The notes: generated from the letters alone by a model not told the origin. Shown: positions 16,541 through 24,700, numbered from the stretch's first letter. The stretch: 44,816 nucleotides of DNA from Rhodothermales bacterium (GCA_013003255.1 JABDJZ010000468.1:1-44816), one strand, 5' to 3'. Made by a program: numbers and translations.

Positions 16541-18040
16541 ATGGCAGAACTGAGAGAATATTGCGGTGTCTTCGGCATCATCAATGCACGAAACGCCGCC
16601 CAGACTACCTATCTCGGCCTGCACGCCCTGCAGCACCGGGGGCAGGAAAGCGCGGGCATTGCCACCTCCACTTTTGACGAGGCCAAGGGCCGTCCGGTGA
16701 TGCCGGTGGTCAAGGGCGAAGGCCTCGTGCTTGATGTTTTCCGGGATGCCTCGGTGTTCGATACCCGGCTCCTCGGGACCAAGGCAATCGGCCACAACAG
16801 GTATTCCACGGCCGGCGCGGCCGGCAATTCGTCCAATATCCAGCCGTTTGTGGTGCACTCGCGAGGCGGGAATGTGGCCGTGGCGCACAACGGCAACCTC
16901 TCCAACGCACGCGAGCTGCGCGACGCGTTCTCCGAGCGGGGTACCATCTTTCAGACTACCAGCGACACGGAGCTGATTCTGCACCTGATGGCTCAGAGCC
17001 CCCGGCGGAAGCAGGTTGACCGCATCGTAGACGCCCTGGGACAGATCGAGGGCGCGTTCAGTCTCGTCATGATGACGGACGATGAACTGATCGCTGTCCG
17101 CGACCCGAATGGATTCAGGCCGCTGGCCCTTGGCAAGGTAGCGGGTGGCGGAGCAGATGGTGGCGACGCCTGGTGCGTAGCGAGCGAGACCTGTGCTTTT
17201 GATCTGATCGGCGCAGAGTACGTCCGGGACATTGAGCCGGGAGAGGTCCTGGTCATCAATCAGGCCGGCATGGAGCGGGGCTCTTTCAAGCAGTTCCAGT
17301 TGGCTCAGAATCACGGCGTCAGCCAGTGCGTCTTCGAGTACGTCTACTTCTCGCGCCCCGACTCCCGCATTTTCGGTGAGAACGTAGACAAGGTCCGCCG
17401 GAAGCTGGGCAAGCAGCTTGCCCACGACGCGCCCGTTCCCGAGGACCCCGAGGGCGGCAAGCCCATCGTCATCTCGGTCCCCGACTCCTCCAATACCGCG
17501 ACGCTTGGATACGTCTCCGAATCCCGCAAACTCGGCCGCAAAGCCAAGTACGAAATCGGCCTGATTCGGAATCACTACGTCGGACGAACGTTCATCGCCC
17601 CCGGCCAGGGCCGCAGGGAGACCCGGGTCAGGAGCAAGTTCAATACCGTCACGGGCGTCTTGCAGGGACGTGTTGTTGTGATGGTCGATGACTCCGTGGT
17701 CCGCGGTACAACTGCACGACAGTTGGTCACGATGGTGCGACAGGCCGGCGCCCGTGAGGTGCACTTCCGGGTCGCCTCGCCGCCCGTTGTCAGTCCGTGT
17801 TTCTACGGCATGGACTTCCCCAGCCACGAAGAACTGCTTGCCAACAAGTTTGACGGGGACGTTCAGGCGATGGCGGACTGGCTTGGTGTGGACAGCCTGG
17901 CCTACCTCTCCACGGAAGGGCTTATGGCGGCCGTTCGCGCCGCGAACCCTGCTGACCACGGGTATTGCAATGCGTGCTTCACGGCCAACTACCCAGTGCC
18001 CGTGGAAATGGACGTGACCAAGGAAGAGAACGAGTGGTGA
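16541..18040 (+). CDS. purF: Amidophosphoribosyltransferase
   Basis: ORF 16406..18040. The Ntn nucleophile context is MAELREYCGVFGI. Supporting motifs are LQHRGQESAGI, HNRYSTAG, VAHNGNL and the PRPP motif VVMVDDSVVRGTT, with Cys residues for an Fe-S cluster (SPCFYGMDFP, YCNACFT). The ATG at 16541 is preferred, because the upstream extension overlaps the 3' end of the previous gene. Confidence 0.95.
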   Translation: MAELREYCGVFGIINARNAAQTTYLGLHALQHRGQESAGIATSTFDEAKGRPVMPVVKGEGLVLDVFRDASVFDTRLLGTKAIGHNRYSTAGAAGNSSNIQPFVVHSRGGNVAVAHNGNLSNARELRDAFSERGTIFQTTSDTELILHLMAQSPRRKQVDRIVDALGQIEGAFSLVMMTDDELIAVRDPNGFRPLALGKVAGGGADGGDAWCVASETCAFDLIGAEYVRDIEPGEVLVINQAGMERGSFKQFQLAQNHGVSQCVFEYVYFSRPDSRIFGENVDKVRRKLGKQLAHDAPVPEDPEGGKPIVISVPDSSNTATLGYVSESRKLGRKAKYEIGLIRNHYVGRTFIAPGQGRRETRVRSKFNTVTGVLQGRVVVMVDDSVVRGTTARQLVTMVRQAGAREVHFRVASPPVVSPCFYGMDFPSHEELLANKFDGDVQAMADWLGVDSLAYLSTEGLMAAVRAANPADHGYCNACFTANYPVPVEMDVTKEENEW

Positions 18041-18332
18041 GCGGCTCAGGCGCCCACACCCAAGCTGTGTCAGTCAAGATTCCGTGAAGAGTGCTCGGAA
18101 TGGCACATATGTGCCGCGAAGGGATTGTGAAGGCGCCTCAATTGCGTTTCATTCCGGTCTAACCCCCTCACCCACCGAACCGGTACAGCCATCGGATGCG
18201 CAATCCTATAGACAGCGCGATCCGGGCAATGACGCTTGGGGCAGGCGTCGTTGGTCTGATCGTATTGACTGTCTTCCAACTCCTCTAGCCCCCTGGCTTC
18301 TCGGGCTCGCTCAAGCCCGATGACAGTTTGAA

Positions 18333-18368
18333 AAGACACGACTTCGTTCCGGAGTCGTGTCTTTTTTT
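18333..18368 (+). terminator. Strong intrinsic terminator (11-bp stem + T7)
   Basis: AAGACACGACT (18333-18343) and AGTCGTGTCTT (18353-18363) form a perfect stem around a 9-nt loop. The stem runs into TTTTTTT (18362-18368). It lies ~290 nt after the purF stop and 33 nt before the next start. Confidence 0.8.
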
Positions 18369-18400
18369 GACCCATCCCTTTCAGACCCGCCCTGCTCCCC

Positions 18401-19630
18401 TTGAGGATCCTGGTCATTGTCAATGTCTACCGCCCTGACTTGGGGGGTGGTGTCCTGTTTGCCGACTTCCTGGAAGGGCTCGTCGACCGCGGGTTCACCG
18501 TGGAGGTTCGTTGCGCGTATCCGTACTACCCGGAATGGCAGGACAAGACGGGCCGTAATGGTCTGGCAATCGCTGAATCTGTTGAGGGCAGGGTGCGCGT
18601 GCGGCGTTTCGGCCTGTTCATCCCCCGAGATGCGGAGCGCCTCGGCCAGCGACTGCTCCACGAGGCGTCTTTTCTTCTGTCCCTGTCCCGCGTGCTCCCG
18701 GCTCCAGGCGAGTTTGACCTCGTCATGGCCTACTGCCCCCTGGTAGGCGGTCTTGCCTACGGAGTCCTGGCTTCACGGAGTACGGGAGCACCTCTGTGGC
18801 TCAACGTCCAGGATCTTGCGGCCGAGGCCGCCGCTTCGGCCGGCATCGTGCAGTCGGGCGGCGCCGGCAACATGCTCCTGCGTATCCAGCGCTGGCTCTT
18901 TAACAGGGCCCACGTCTGGAGCACCATCTCCCCTGTCATGCGGCGACGTCTCCTGCCGCTGACCCGGCATGACCAGCCCGTCCACGAACTCCCCAACTGG
19001 CTGCACGGATCACTGCGGGATGCCATCCTTGAGGTGGCGGAAGTGCCGCGTCCGCTACCGACCGGACCGATTCGACTGCTCTACTCGGGCAATATCGGCG
19101 GAAAGCAGGACCTGCTGGTCTTCTGCCGGTGGCTGGCTGGGACGGATGCCGACTTCGTGTTCGACATCCGAGGCGCTGGCAGTGGCGCCGAGGCTATCGC
19201 CACGTGGCTGGCGGAGCACGGTGACCCTCGATTCTCGCTGGCTCCACTCACCGACGAAGCGGGACTGGCAAGGGGACTGGCTGCGTGCGACCTGTTCGTC
19301 GTCACGGAGAAGGCCGGAGCAGGGGATTCATTCATACCGAGCAAGCTCCTGCCCGCATTCGGTACCGGTACCGCCGTCCTCGCCGTCTGCGATGCCACCT
19401 CGCCCCTGGGCACCGAGATGGCCGAGGCCGGGTGTGGTCCGCTGTACACGTGGGACGCCCTCGAGTCCCTGGCAGGACTCCTGCAGAACCCTGCCAAGTT
19501 GCGGGACGTACTTCCCCAGTGGCGTGCGGCGGCCAAGCAAAGGGGCCTGCGTTACGACCGAGACCAGATCATTGACCGGTACGCAGCACTAATTCGCCGC
19601 CGGGTCGCGGGAGAGCAATCAAATGAGTGA
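18401..19630 (+). CDS. Glycosyltransferase family 4, WcaI-like
   Basis: A TTG start gives MRILVIVNVYRPDLGGGVLFADFLEGLVDRGFTVEVRCAYPYYPEWQ, the WcaI-type N-terminus. The C-terminal half has the GT-B nucleotide-sugar domain pattern (LLYSGNIGGKQDL..., E-x7-E-like FVVTEKAGAGDSFIPSKL). Confidence 0.85.
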   Translation: MRILVIVNVYRPDLGGGVLFADFLEGLVDRGFTVEVRCAYPYYPEWQDKTGRNGLAIAESVEGRVRVRRFGLFIPRDAERLGQRLLHEASFLLSLSRVLPAPGEFDLVMAYCPLVGGLAYGVLASRSTGAPLWLNVQDLAAEAAASAGIVQSGGAGNMLLRIQRWLFNRAHVWSTISPVMRRRLLPLTRHDQPVHELPNWLHGSLRDAILEVAEVPRPLPTGPIRLLYSGNIGGKQDLLVFCRWLAGTDADFVFDIRGAGSGAEAIATWLAEHGDPRFSLAPLTDEAGLARGLAACDLFVVTEKAGAGDSFIPSKLLPAFGTGTAVLAVCDATSPLGTEMAEAGCGPLYTWDALESLAGLLQNPAKLRDVLPQWRAAAKQRGLRYDRDQIIDRYAALIRRRVAGEQSNE

Positions 19631-20021
19631 GATCATACTCGTCGGGGATCGTCTGTTGGTGGATCCCGACGAAGGCGAACGCCAAACAGCTTCCGGACTG
19701 GTCCTGCCCGCCAGCGTCTCCGAGCGGGACAAGGTGCAGGGGGGCCGAGTGGTCCGCGTCGGCCCCGGCTACATTATCCCAAACCCGGAGTTCTCCGAGG
19801 GAGAGCCGTGGGCCCCCCGGCGGGACGCGGTGCGCTACCTGCCCTTACAGGCACGACCCGGCGATTACGCTTTCTTCCTCCGGAAGGAGGCCATTGAGCT
19901 GACCTTCGAGGAGCGCAACTACCTGATCGTTTCCCACGGGGCCATCCTCGCCATCATTCGGGAGGATCCCGAGGACATCCTGGATCGCATCGAGAAGCCG
20001 GACGACCTGGAAGAGCTTTAG
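19623..20021 (+). CDS. GroES/Cpn10-family protein, long form (132 aa)
   Basis: LVGDRLLVDPDEGERQTASGLVLPASVSERDKVQGGRVVRVGPG mirrors GroES (P-L-DRVLV-----E-KTASGI-LP-------Q-G-VVAVG-G). An insertion and an acidic C-terminal extension are added. The ATG overlaps the glycosyltransferase stop (ATGAGTGA, 8 nt). Confidence 0.7.
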   Translation: MSEIILVGDRLLVDPDEGERQTASGLVLPASVSERDKVQGGRVVRVGPGYIIPNPEFSEGEPWAPRRDAVRYLPLQARPGDYAFFLRKEAIELTFEERNYLIVSHGAILAIIREDPEDILDRIEKPDDLEEL

Positions 20022-20090
20022 GGCGGTCGAAGCGCCGCGGTCGCGGCCTCCGCAGCCCGGCGGCCGCCCAAGTGGCTCTGCCAGCCTCTG

Positions 20091-21059
20091 TCAGCTTCCC
20101 GGCTTGCTCCTCTTTGGCATGTAGGGTCTGACCTGCTCCAGCGTCAGGTTCATCCAGGAGCCGCTGTCCATCTGCAGCAGAACGGTCTCCTTGAAGATGT
20201 CCACTTTGCGAACCACCGCGGACCCATCATCTGTCTTCAGGCGCGCATCCACCCGGGGGAATCTTCGAAGCGCGGCCATGTAGGCCTCCAGTTCGTAGTT
20301 GAGGCAGCACTTCAGGCGTCCGCACTGCCCCGACAGCCGGCCTGGATTCAGAGGCAGATTCTGCGTCTTGGCTGACTGGGTGGAAACGGGCTTGAATTCC
20401 TGGAGCCACGTGGAACAGCACAACTCACGACCACAGGAGCCGATGCCGCCTATTCGCGCGGCTTCGTCCCGGGCCCCGATCTGACGAAGCTCGACGCGGG
20501 TCCGGAAACGGCGGGCAAGTTTCCGAACCAGTTCGCGGAAATCCACTCTGTGATCGGCGGTGAAATAGAAGGTGACCTTCTTCCCGTCAAACTGCCATTC
20601 GACGTCCACAAGCTTCATGGGAAGGCCCATGCGGTCGATGGTTCGCCGTCCGATCAGGAAGGTCTCGGTCTCCCGTTCCCGGTTTTCCTCCAGCCGGTCC
20701 AGATCCTGCGCCGTGGCCTGGCGCGCCACAGCGGGGAAGTCAGCGTCCTCTTCAAGGCTCTTGGAGCGGAGCCGGATGCGGACCATCTGCCCGGACAGCT
20801 TGACCGTTCCAAGGTCCAGCCCTCGATCAGCCTCCACCAGCACGTGGTCACCCGTCTGTACATCCCTGAGATCGCACCGGTAGAAGGCCTTGCGCCCCCC
20901 CTTGAAGCCCACCTCGATGATGGGAAACCACTCGGACTCGGGCGGTGAGCCCATGTCGGTCAGCCAGTCAGCCGGCTGATTGGAGGGACAGGCGTCGGTT
21001 CCGCAGTCGCCTGAGGAGCAACCGCCGGTCCCACCGGATCCGCAGGATTCACACGCCAT
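20091..21059 (-). CDS. PSP1 domain protein (RicT/YaaT-like regulatory Fe-S complex subunit)
   Basis: The PSP1 C-terminal domain is present: KVTFYFTADHRVDFRELVRKLARRFRTRVELRQIGARDEAARIGGIGSCGRELCCSTWL...GQCGRLKCCLNYE. The N-terminus is Cys-rich (MACESCGSGGTGGCSSGDCGTDACP). It overlaps the holB stop by 11 nt, matching the holB-yaaT order known from Bacillus. Confidence 0.9.
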   Translation of the reverse strand: MACESCGSGGTGGCSSGDCGTDACPSNQPADWLTDMGSPPESEWFPIIEVGFKGGRKAFYRCDLRDVQTGDHVLVEADRGLDLGTVKLSGQMVRIRLRSKSLEEDADFPAVARQATAQDLDRLEENRERETETFLIGRRTIDRMGLPMKLVDVEWQFDGKKVTFYFTADHRVDFRELVRKLARRFRTRVELRQIGARDEAARIGGIGSCGRELCCSTWLQEFKPVSTQSAKTQNLPLNPGRLSGQCGRLKCCLNYELEAYMAALRRFPRVDARLKTDDGSAVVRKVDIFKETVLLQMDSGSWMNLTLEQVRPYMPKRSKPGS

Positions 21060-22212
21060 CGGTCAGCGCCTCGGTAAGGTGCTCCACAGGCCTGCCCCGC
21101 ATCGCATCATGGAGGGACTGTGCCAGGACCGTCAGAACCAGTCGGCTGTTGGCGTTGCGCTCCAATCGAATAATGCACTCCTCCACGAGCCGAGCCATCA
21201 ACTCCGGGTCCGCATCGGCCAATCCCGCGGCGAACTTCCGAATCTCCGTGGACTGGTCCGTATTGACGATGGGCGCGCTGTCTCCCAGTACCCGAATCAG
21301 GTTGAGATCCCGGATCCAGCCCAGCATCAACTCGAGGATGAACTTGATCTGCTCCCGGCCAAGCCGACTCATGGCCTCGATCTGCTCCGCCATGCGATCT
21401 GAAGCGGTCCAGGCCGTGTAGGAGCCACGCAGAAACCTGAGGACTTCCGCCCGGGCCGCCATCAGTTCCTCGGACGCAGCAAGGTCCAGGGCCCTCGCGA
21501 AGCTCCCATCGGCCATGCGGGCAATCGCCTCGGCGGCCGGGCCGGCTGCCAACTTGCGATTCAGGATCCCCGCGGTAATCTCCTCCGCCGTAAGCCGGTC
21601 AAATCGCAGGTGCTGACAACGGGAAAGGATGGTCGGGAGCATCCGATCCGGTCTCGAACTGGTCAGCAGGAAGACGGTCTGCTCCGTGGGCTCTTCCAGC
21701 AGTTTGAGGAACGCGTTCGCAGCCTCTTTCCTCAGGAGTTCGGCATCAGAAAGGATGGCAATCTTGTAGCTGCCTTCTACCGGCCGGAATCGGATGATCT
21801 TCCGCAGTTCCTTGTTGATCCGGTCCACACTGTACTGGACCTGCTTGGAGGAAGAACTGCCTGGTTCGTTCAGCTTGGCCCGCCGCATGTAGTCCATGGT
21901 GGCATACGGCTCCTGGGCGAGCTGGTTGATGCGCTCCTGGACCTCTGCGGCCTTGGCATCATTCGGCTGCGGGATCAGCAGGTGGACATCCGGATGAATC
22001 AGGCGGGAGACCTTCCCGCAGGCATTGCAGGTACCGCAGGGACGCCCTTCTTCCGTACACAAGAGTGTTTGGGCAAACACCAGGGCAGCGGCACGCTTAC
22101 CGGTACCGTCGGGGCCGTGAAACAGGTACGCATGGGCGACCCGCTCCCGCTCGACGGCAGCCTTGAGGGCCGAGACGGCCCGCCTTTGTCCTATGATGGA
22201 TTCCCAGTTCAT
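21049..22212 (-). CDS. holB: DNA polymerase III subunit delta-prime
   Basis: HAYLFHGPDGTGKRAAALVFAQTLLC is the P-loop region and CGTCNACGKV the Zn module. KIAILSDAELL is Walker-B-like and SRCQHLRF is sensor 2. Confidence 0.9.
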   Translation of the reverse strand: MNWESIIGQRRAVSALKAAVERERVAHAYLFHGPDGTGKRAAALVFAQTLLCTEEGRPCGTCNACGKVSRLIHPDVHLLIPQPNDAKAAEVQERINQLAQEPYATMDYMRRAKLNEPGSSSSKQVQYSVDRINKELRKIIRFRPVEGSYKIAILSDAELLRKEAANAFLKLLEEPTEQTVFLLTSSRPDRMLPTILSRCQHLRFDRLTAEEITAGILNRKLAAGPAAEAIARMADGSFARALDLAASEELMAARAEVLRFLRGSYTAWTASDRMAEQIEAMSRLGREQIKFILELMLGWIRDLNLIRVLGDSAPIVNTDQSTEIRKFAAGLADADPELMARLVEECIIRLERNANSRLVLTVLAQSLHDAMRGRPVEHLTEALTDGV

Positions 22213-22295
22213 GCGTTCACTACGCGTGAAGATACGTCAGTTAGCACCCTTGATCGTTGACCAGCGAATCTGAACGCGCTAGCTTTGGCCCGCTC

Positions 22296-22369
22296 GGCGC
22301 GGTAGCTCAGCTGGTTAGAGCGACGGACTCATAACCCGTAGGTCGGCAGTTCAAGTCTGCCCCGCGCCA
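22296..22369 (+). tRNA. tRNA with anticodon CAT (elongator Met, or Ile2 if C34 is lysidinylated)
   Basis: I folded the cloverleaf by hand. The acceptor stem is GGCGCGG (22296-22302) / CCGCGCC (22362-22368) with discriminator A. The D arm is GCTC-AGCTGGTTA-GAGC. The anticodon arm is ACGGA-CTCATAA-CCCGT, with CAT at 22330-22332 and one A-C mismatch at 31:39. The variable loop is AGGTC and the T arm GGCAG-TTCAAGT-CTGCC. No CCA is encoded. G1:C72 argues against an initiator. Confidence 0.9.
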
Positions 22370-22373
22370 CAAG

Positions 22374-22408
22374 AAAGGGAGTGCCCACATAGGACACTCC
22401 CTTTTTTT
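22374..22408 (+). terminator. Intrinsic terminator after the tRNA (possibly bidirectional)
   Basis: A 10-bp stem AAAGGGAGTG (22374-22383) / CACTCCCTTT (22395-22404) runs into TTTTTTT (22402-22408). A second perfect 8-bp hairpin, GCCTCTGG/CCAGAGGC at 22413-22436, lies between it and the convergent MamK-like gene. Confidence 0.8.
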
Positions 22409-22467
22409 GTGCGCCTCTGGTACCTGCCCCAGAGGCTGAGCAGGCTGGCGCTGTTCGCTCTCCGGGA

Positions 22468-23508
22468 CTACATGTCCTCCCAGTACTCTTCCGGCATGTC
22501 CTGGGCCAGCGCCAGCGCTCCCTCGGCTCCGGCGTACAGGGGGTCGTCGATGACCCGGATGTTGAATGCTCCGAAGGATTTCAGCTCCTCCGTGAGGCCC
22601 TCGGCCAGTCCCTTGATCTGGCTGCCTCCGCCGGCCAGGAAGACGTTCTGCTTGACCTCCTCCTGGAAATCGGGCTCGTACCGCGCGATGAGATCCATCA
22701 TCGCTTCCGCCAGCACGGGCACGATGCTCTCGCAAACCGCCCGGACATCCGTGGTAACGTCGAGCGACGTCGACACGCCACCCACCGGCACTTTGACCTT
22801 CACGCGCTCGCGGTGGCTGCCCACGAACCCGTGCTCTTCCTTGAAGGAGCGAATCATGGTCTCGCTGAACTTGGCCTCCGGATGGCGCTCTCCAAGGCGG
22901 TTCGCCAGTTGCTGGTCCAGGAAGTCCCCGGCAACCGTGATGGTCCGCTGGTCCTCCTCACCGGGCATGGTCCCGTGCATGATGCAGAAGTCCGCCGTTC
23001 CGGCGCCGATGTCGATGATCAGGGCGTTGTTGAGCGTTCCCAGCCCATAGGCTACGGCGAATGGCTCAGACACCACCATCAGGGAGTCGGCGTATTCCTT
23101 GACCGCGTTCCGAATGGCCAGCTTGTTGACGCGCAGGGCTTCGGCGGGCACGCCCACGGCCGCGTAGATCTCGCTGGCCTTGCCGGGGTTGACCTGCTCG
23201 ATCAGGTGATGCACCAGAGCCCGGACGGCTTCCTCGTCACGTTGGGTCCCATCGCGAATCACACCCTGCTCGAGCGGCCGGGTCAGTTTCAGGGACAGCC
23301 TGTTCTCCAGGGCATCGGAGCCAAAGAGGATGTCGCGGCCCAGCATCTTCTTGGCCACAAAGTCCTTGGGCCAGCCGACATAGCTCTGGACCCATTCTCT
23401 TTTACCGTTGGACGCCACGATGGCGCTTCGGGAGGTCCCGAGGTCGATGCCGATATACAACGTCCGGTCGGCCGTGCCGTTGGACGAGGTCTTCTTCTTG
23501 GTGGCCAT
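22468..23508 (-). CDS. MamK-family actin-like protein
   Basis: ORF 22468..23538. It is colinear by eye with Magnetospirillum MamK over the whole length. The shared blocks are LYIGIDLGTSRSAI, VGWPKD, AAVGVPA, VVSEPFAVAYGL, IIDIGAGTADFC, TVAGDFLDQQL, ERHPE, KEEHGFVG, VFLAGGGSQIKGL and DDPLYAGAEGALALAQDMPEEYW. The ATG at 23508 (MATKKKTSS...) is preferred; a GTG alternative lies at 23538. Confidence 0.85.
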   Translation of the reverse strand: MATKKKTSSNGTADRTLYIGIDLGTSRSAIVASNGKREWVQSYVGWPKDFVAKKMLGRDILFGSDALENRLSLKLTRPLEQGVIRDGTQRDEEAVRALVHHLIEQVNPGKASEIYAAVGVPAEALRVNKLAIRNAVKEYADSLMVVSEPFAVAYGLGTLNNALIIDIGAGTADFCIMHGTMPGEEDQRTITVAGDFLDQQLANRLGERHPEAKFSETMIRSFKEEHGFVGSHRERVKVKVPVGGVSTSLDVTTDVRAVCESIVPVLAEAMMDLIARYEPDFQEEVKQNVFLAGGGSQIKGLAEGLTEELKSFGAFNIRVIDDPLYAGAEGALALAQDMPEEYWEDM

Positions 23509-23568
23509 GATCTTGCTTCTGTTGGTCTGTGCCGGCACTGCCGACGGTGGGATACCGAGGGGCGGTGG

Positions 23569-24621
23569 TTATTGGGTGGGGGTTGACTGGCGACGGCTGC
23601 GGTCAACCAGGTAGTTCAGGACGCCTTCCTCCAGGAACGACGCCAGTTGCTCACGGTGGGCTCCCGATTGAAGCCGGTCAGCCTGATCCGAGTTTGTAAG
23701 GACGGAGATCTCAGCCAGGATGCTGGGCGCGTCGGAACCCAGCAATACGACAAACGGGCCCGCCTTCACGCCCCAGTCCTGCACGTCGGGAGACTCGATG
23801 CGGGTGTTCGATACCAGGCTGCGCTGAACGGACACTGCCAGCCGACGGGACTCCTGCAGCTTCACGGTCGAGGCCAGGCGCCGGATCATGTCGTTGAAAT
23901 CTGCAAGCGTGTAATCCGAGCCGCTGTTCTCAGCCTCCGCCAGACGGAGTAGCGTCCGCTCGGTGTTCGCTCCGAAGTAGTACGTCTCAAGCGCATTCAC
24001 CGGAGCGTCGGGAAATGAGTTGGCGTGGATGGACACGAACAGATCTGTCGGCTGCTGATTGGCGTACTCCACCCGCTCGCGCAGCGACACGGTCTCGTCC
24101 GCGCCCCGGGTCATCAGCACGGTGTACCCACGCTGCTCGAGCCGTCGCTTGAGGCGGAGGGCCACGTCCAGGGTGACGTCCTTCTCGTACGTCCCGTTTA
24201 TGCCTACCGCGCCCGGATCCTCCCCGCCGTGTCCCGGGTCCAGTACAATGGTGCGGACCTGCAGATCAAAAAGGGCGGCCAGAGGTGTAGAGCCTGAAAG
24301 CATCTCCCGGAACTCTGCCGGGTCGAGACCTCCTTCCATCTCACCGCCCGTGTCGACAACGGGAAGGTTGGCGTCGAGAATCGTCGTGGCGCCCAGGGCG
24401 ACGGGCTCCGCATCGGTGACCGGCTCCTCACCGGCCATCTGGATCCCGATGACCAGTACCAGCAGAACCAGGACGCCCGCCACGGCGGCGAGCGTCGTAT
24501 TCCTGCGGCGCTCGGCGGCCTCGGCGGCTCCCCCGTCCTGTATGCGACGGTTCTCTTCGTAGACCCGCCGCAACATGGACGCACGTGCCTTCTTCGATGG
24601 CTCGAAGCGATCGGTCTCCAC
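23569..24621 (-). CDS. N-acetylmuramoyl-L-alanine amidase (Amidase_3, AmiC-like) with N-terminal cytoplasmic tail and one TM helix
   Basis: The catalytic domain shows VLDPGHGGEDPGAVG, KDVTLDVALRL, LMTRGADETVSLRERV and DLFVSIHANS. The N-terminus has a charged tail followed by the helix LAAVAGVLVLLVLVIGI. Start is either the GTG at 24621 or the ATG at 24576 (MLRRVYEEN...). Confidence 0.88.
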   Translation of the reverse strand: METDRFEPSKKARASMLRRVYEENRRIQDGGAAEAAERRRNTTLAAVAGVLVLLVLVIGIQMAGEEPVTDAEPVALGATTILDANLPVVDTGGEMEGGLDPAEFREMLSGSTPLAALFDLQVRTIVLDPGHGGEDPGAVGINGTYEKDVTLDVALRLKRRLEQRGYTVLMTRGADETVSLRERVEYANQQPTDLFVSIHANSFPDAPVNALETYYFGANTERTLLRLAEAENSGSDYTLADFNDMIRRLASTVKLQESRRLAVSVQRSLVSNTRIESPDVQDWGVKAGPFVVLLGSDAPSILAEISVLTNSDQADRLQSGAHREQLASFLEEGVLNYLVDRSRRQSTPTQ

Positions 24622-24642
24622 GCGAAGTATTACTAGTTTATC

Positions 24643-24671
24643 GTATTAATGAGTCCCGGAGAACCCATCAA
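24643..24671 (-). promoter_or_regulatory. Candidate sigma70-type promoter for the amidase / MamK-like unit (TTGATG-N17-TAATAC)
   Basis: It lies in the AT-rich 110-bp gap after the EF-G paralogue. On the minus strand, TTGATG is the complement of 24666-24671. A 17-nt spacer follows, then TAATAC (complement of 24643-24648). Pattern match only. Confidence 0.3.
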
Positions 24672-24700
24672 TCTAGTAAAAAGAACGACTTCTGCAATTC

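Noticed and set aside
16508-17959. 483-aa minus ORF mirroring purF
   Set aside because: purF is unambiguous on the plus strand, so this is an antisense shadow.
18041-18368. Known housekeeping RNAs in the purF-downstream gap (RNase P RNA, SRP RNA, 6S RNA, tmRNA)
   Set aside because: I could not find the conserved cores (the GAGGAAAGUCC P4 motif, the SRP GGAA tetraloop helix, or tRNA-like ends). 6S cannot be excluded by eye, so the region is kept only as an unnamed candidate. The ORFs 18084..18323 and 18070..18423 look non-coding.
22296-22369. Initiator tRNA-fMet assignment for the CAT tRNA
   Set aside because: It has a G1:C72 base pair instead of the C1-A72 mismatch, and it lacks the three consecutive G:C pairs at the base of the anticodon stem.
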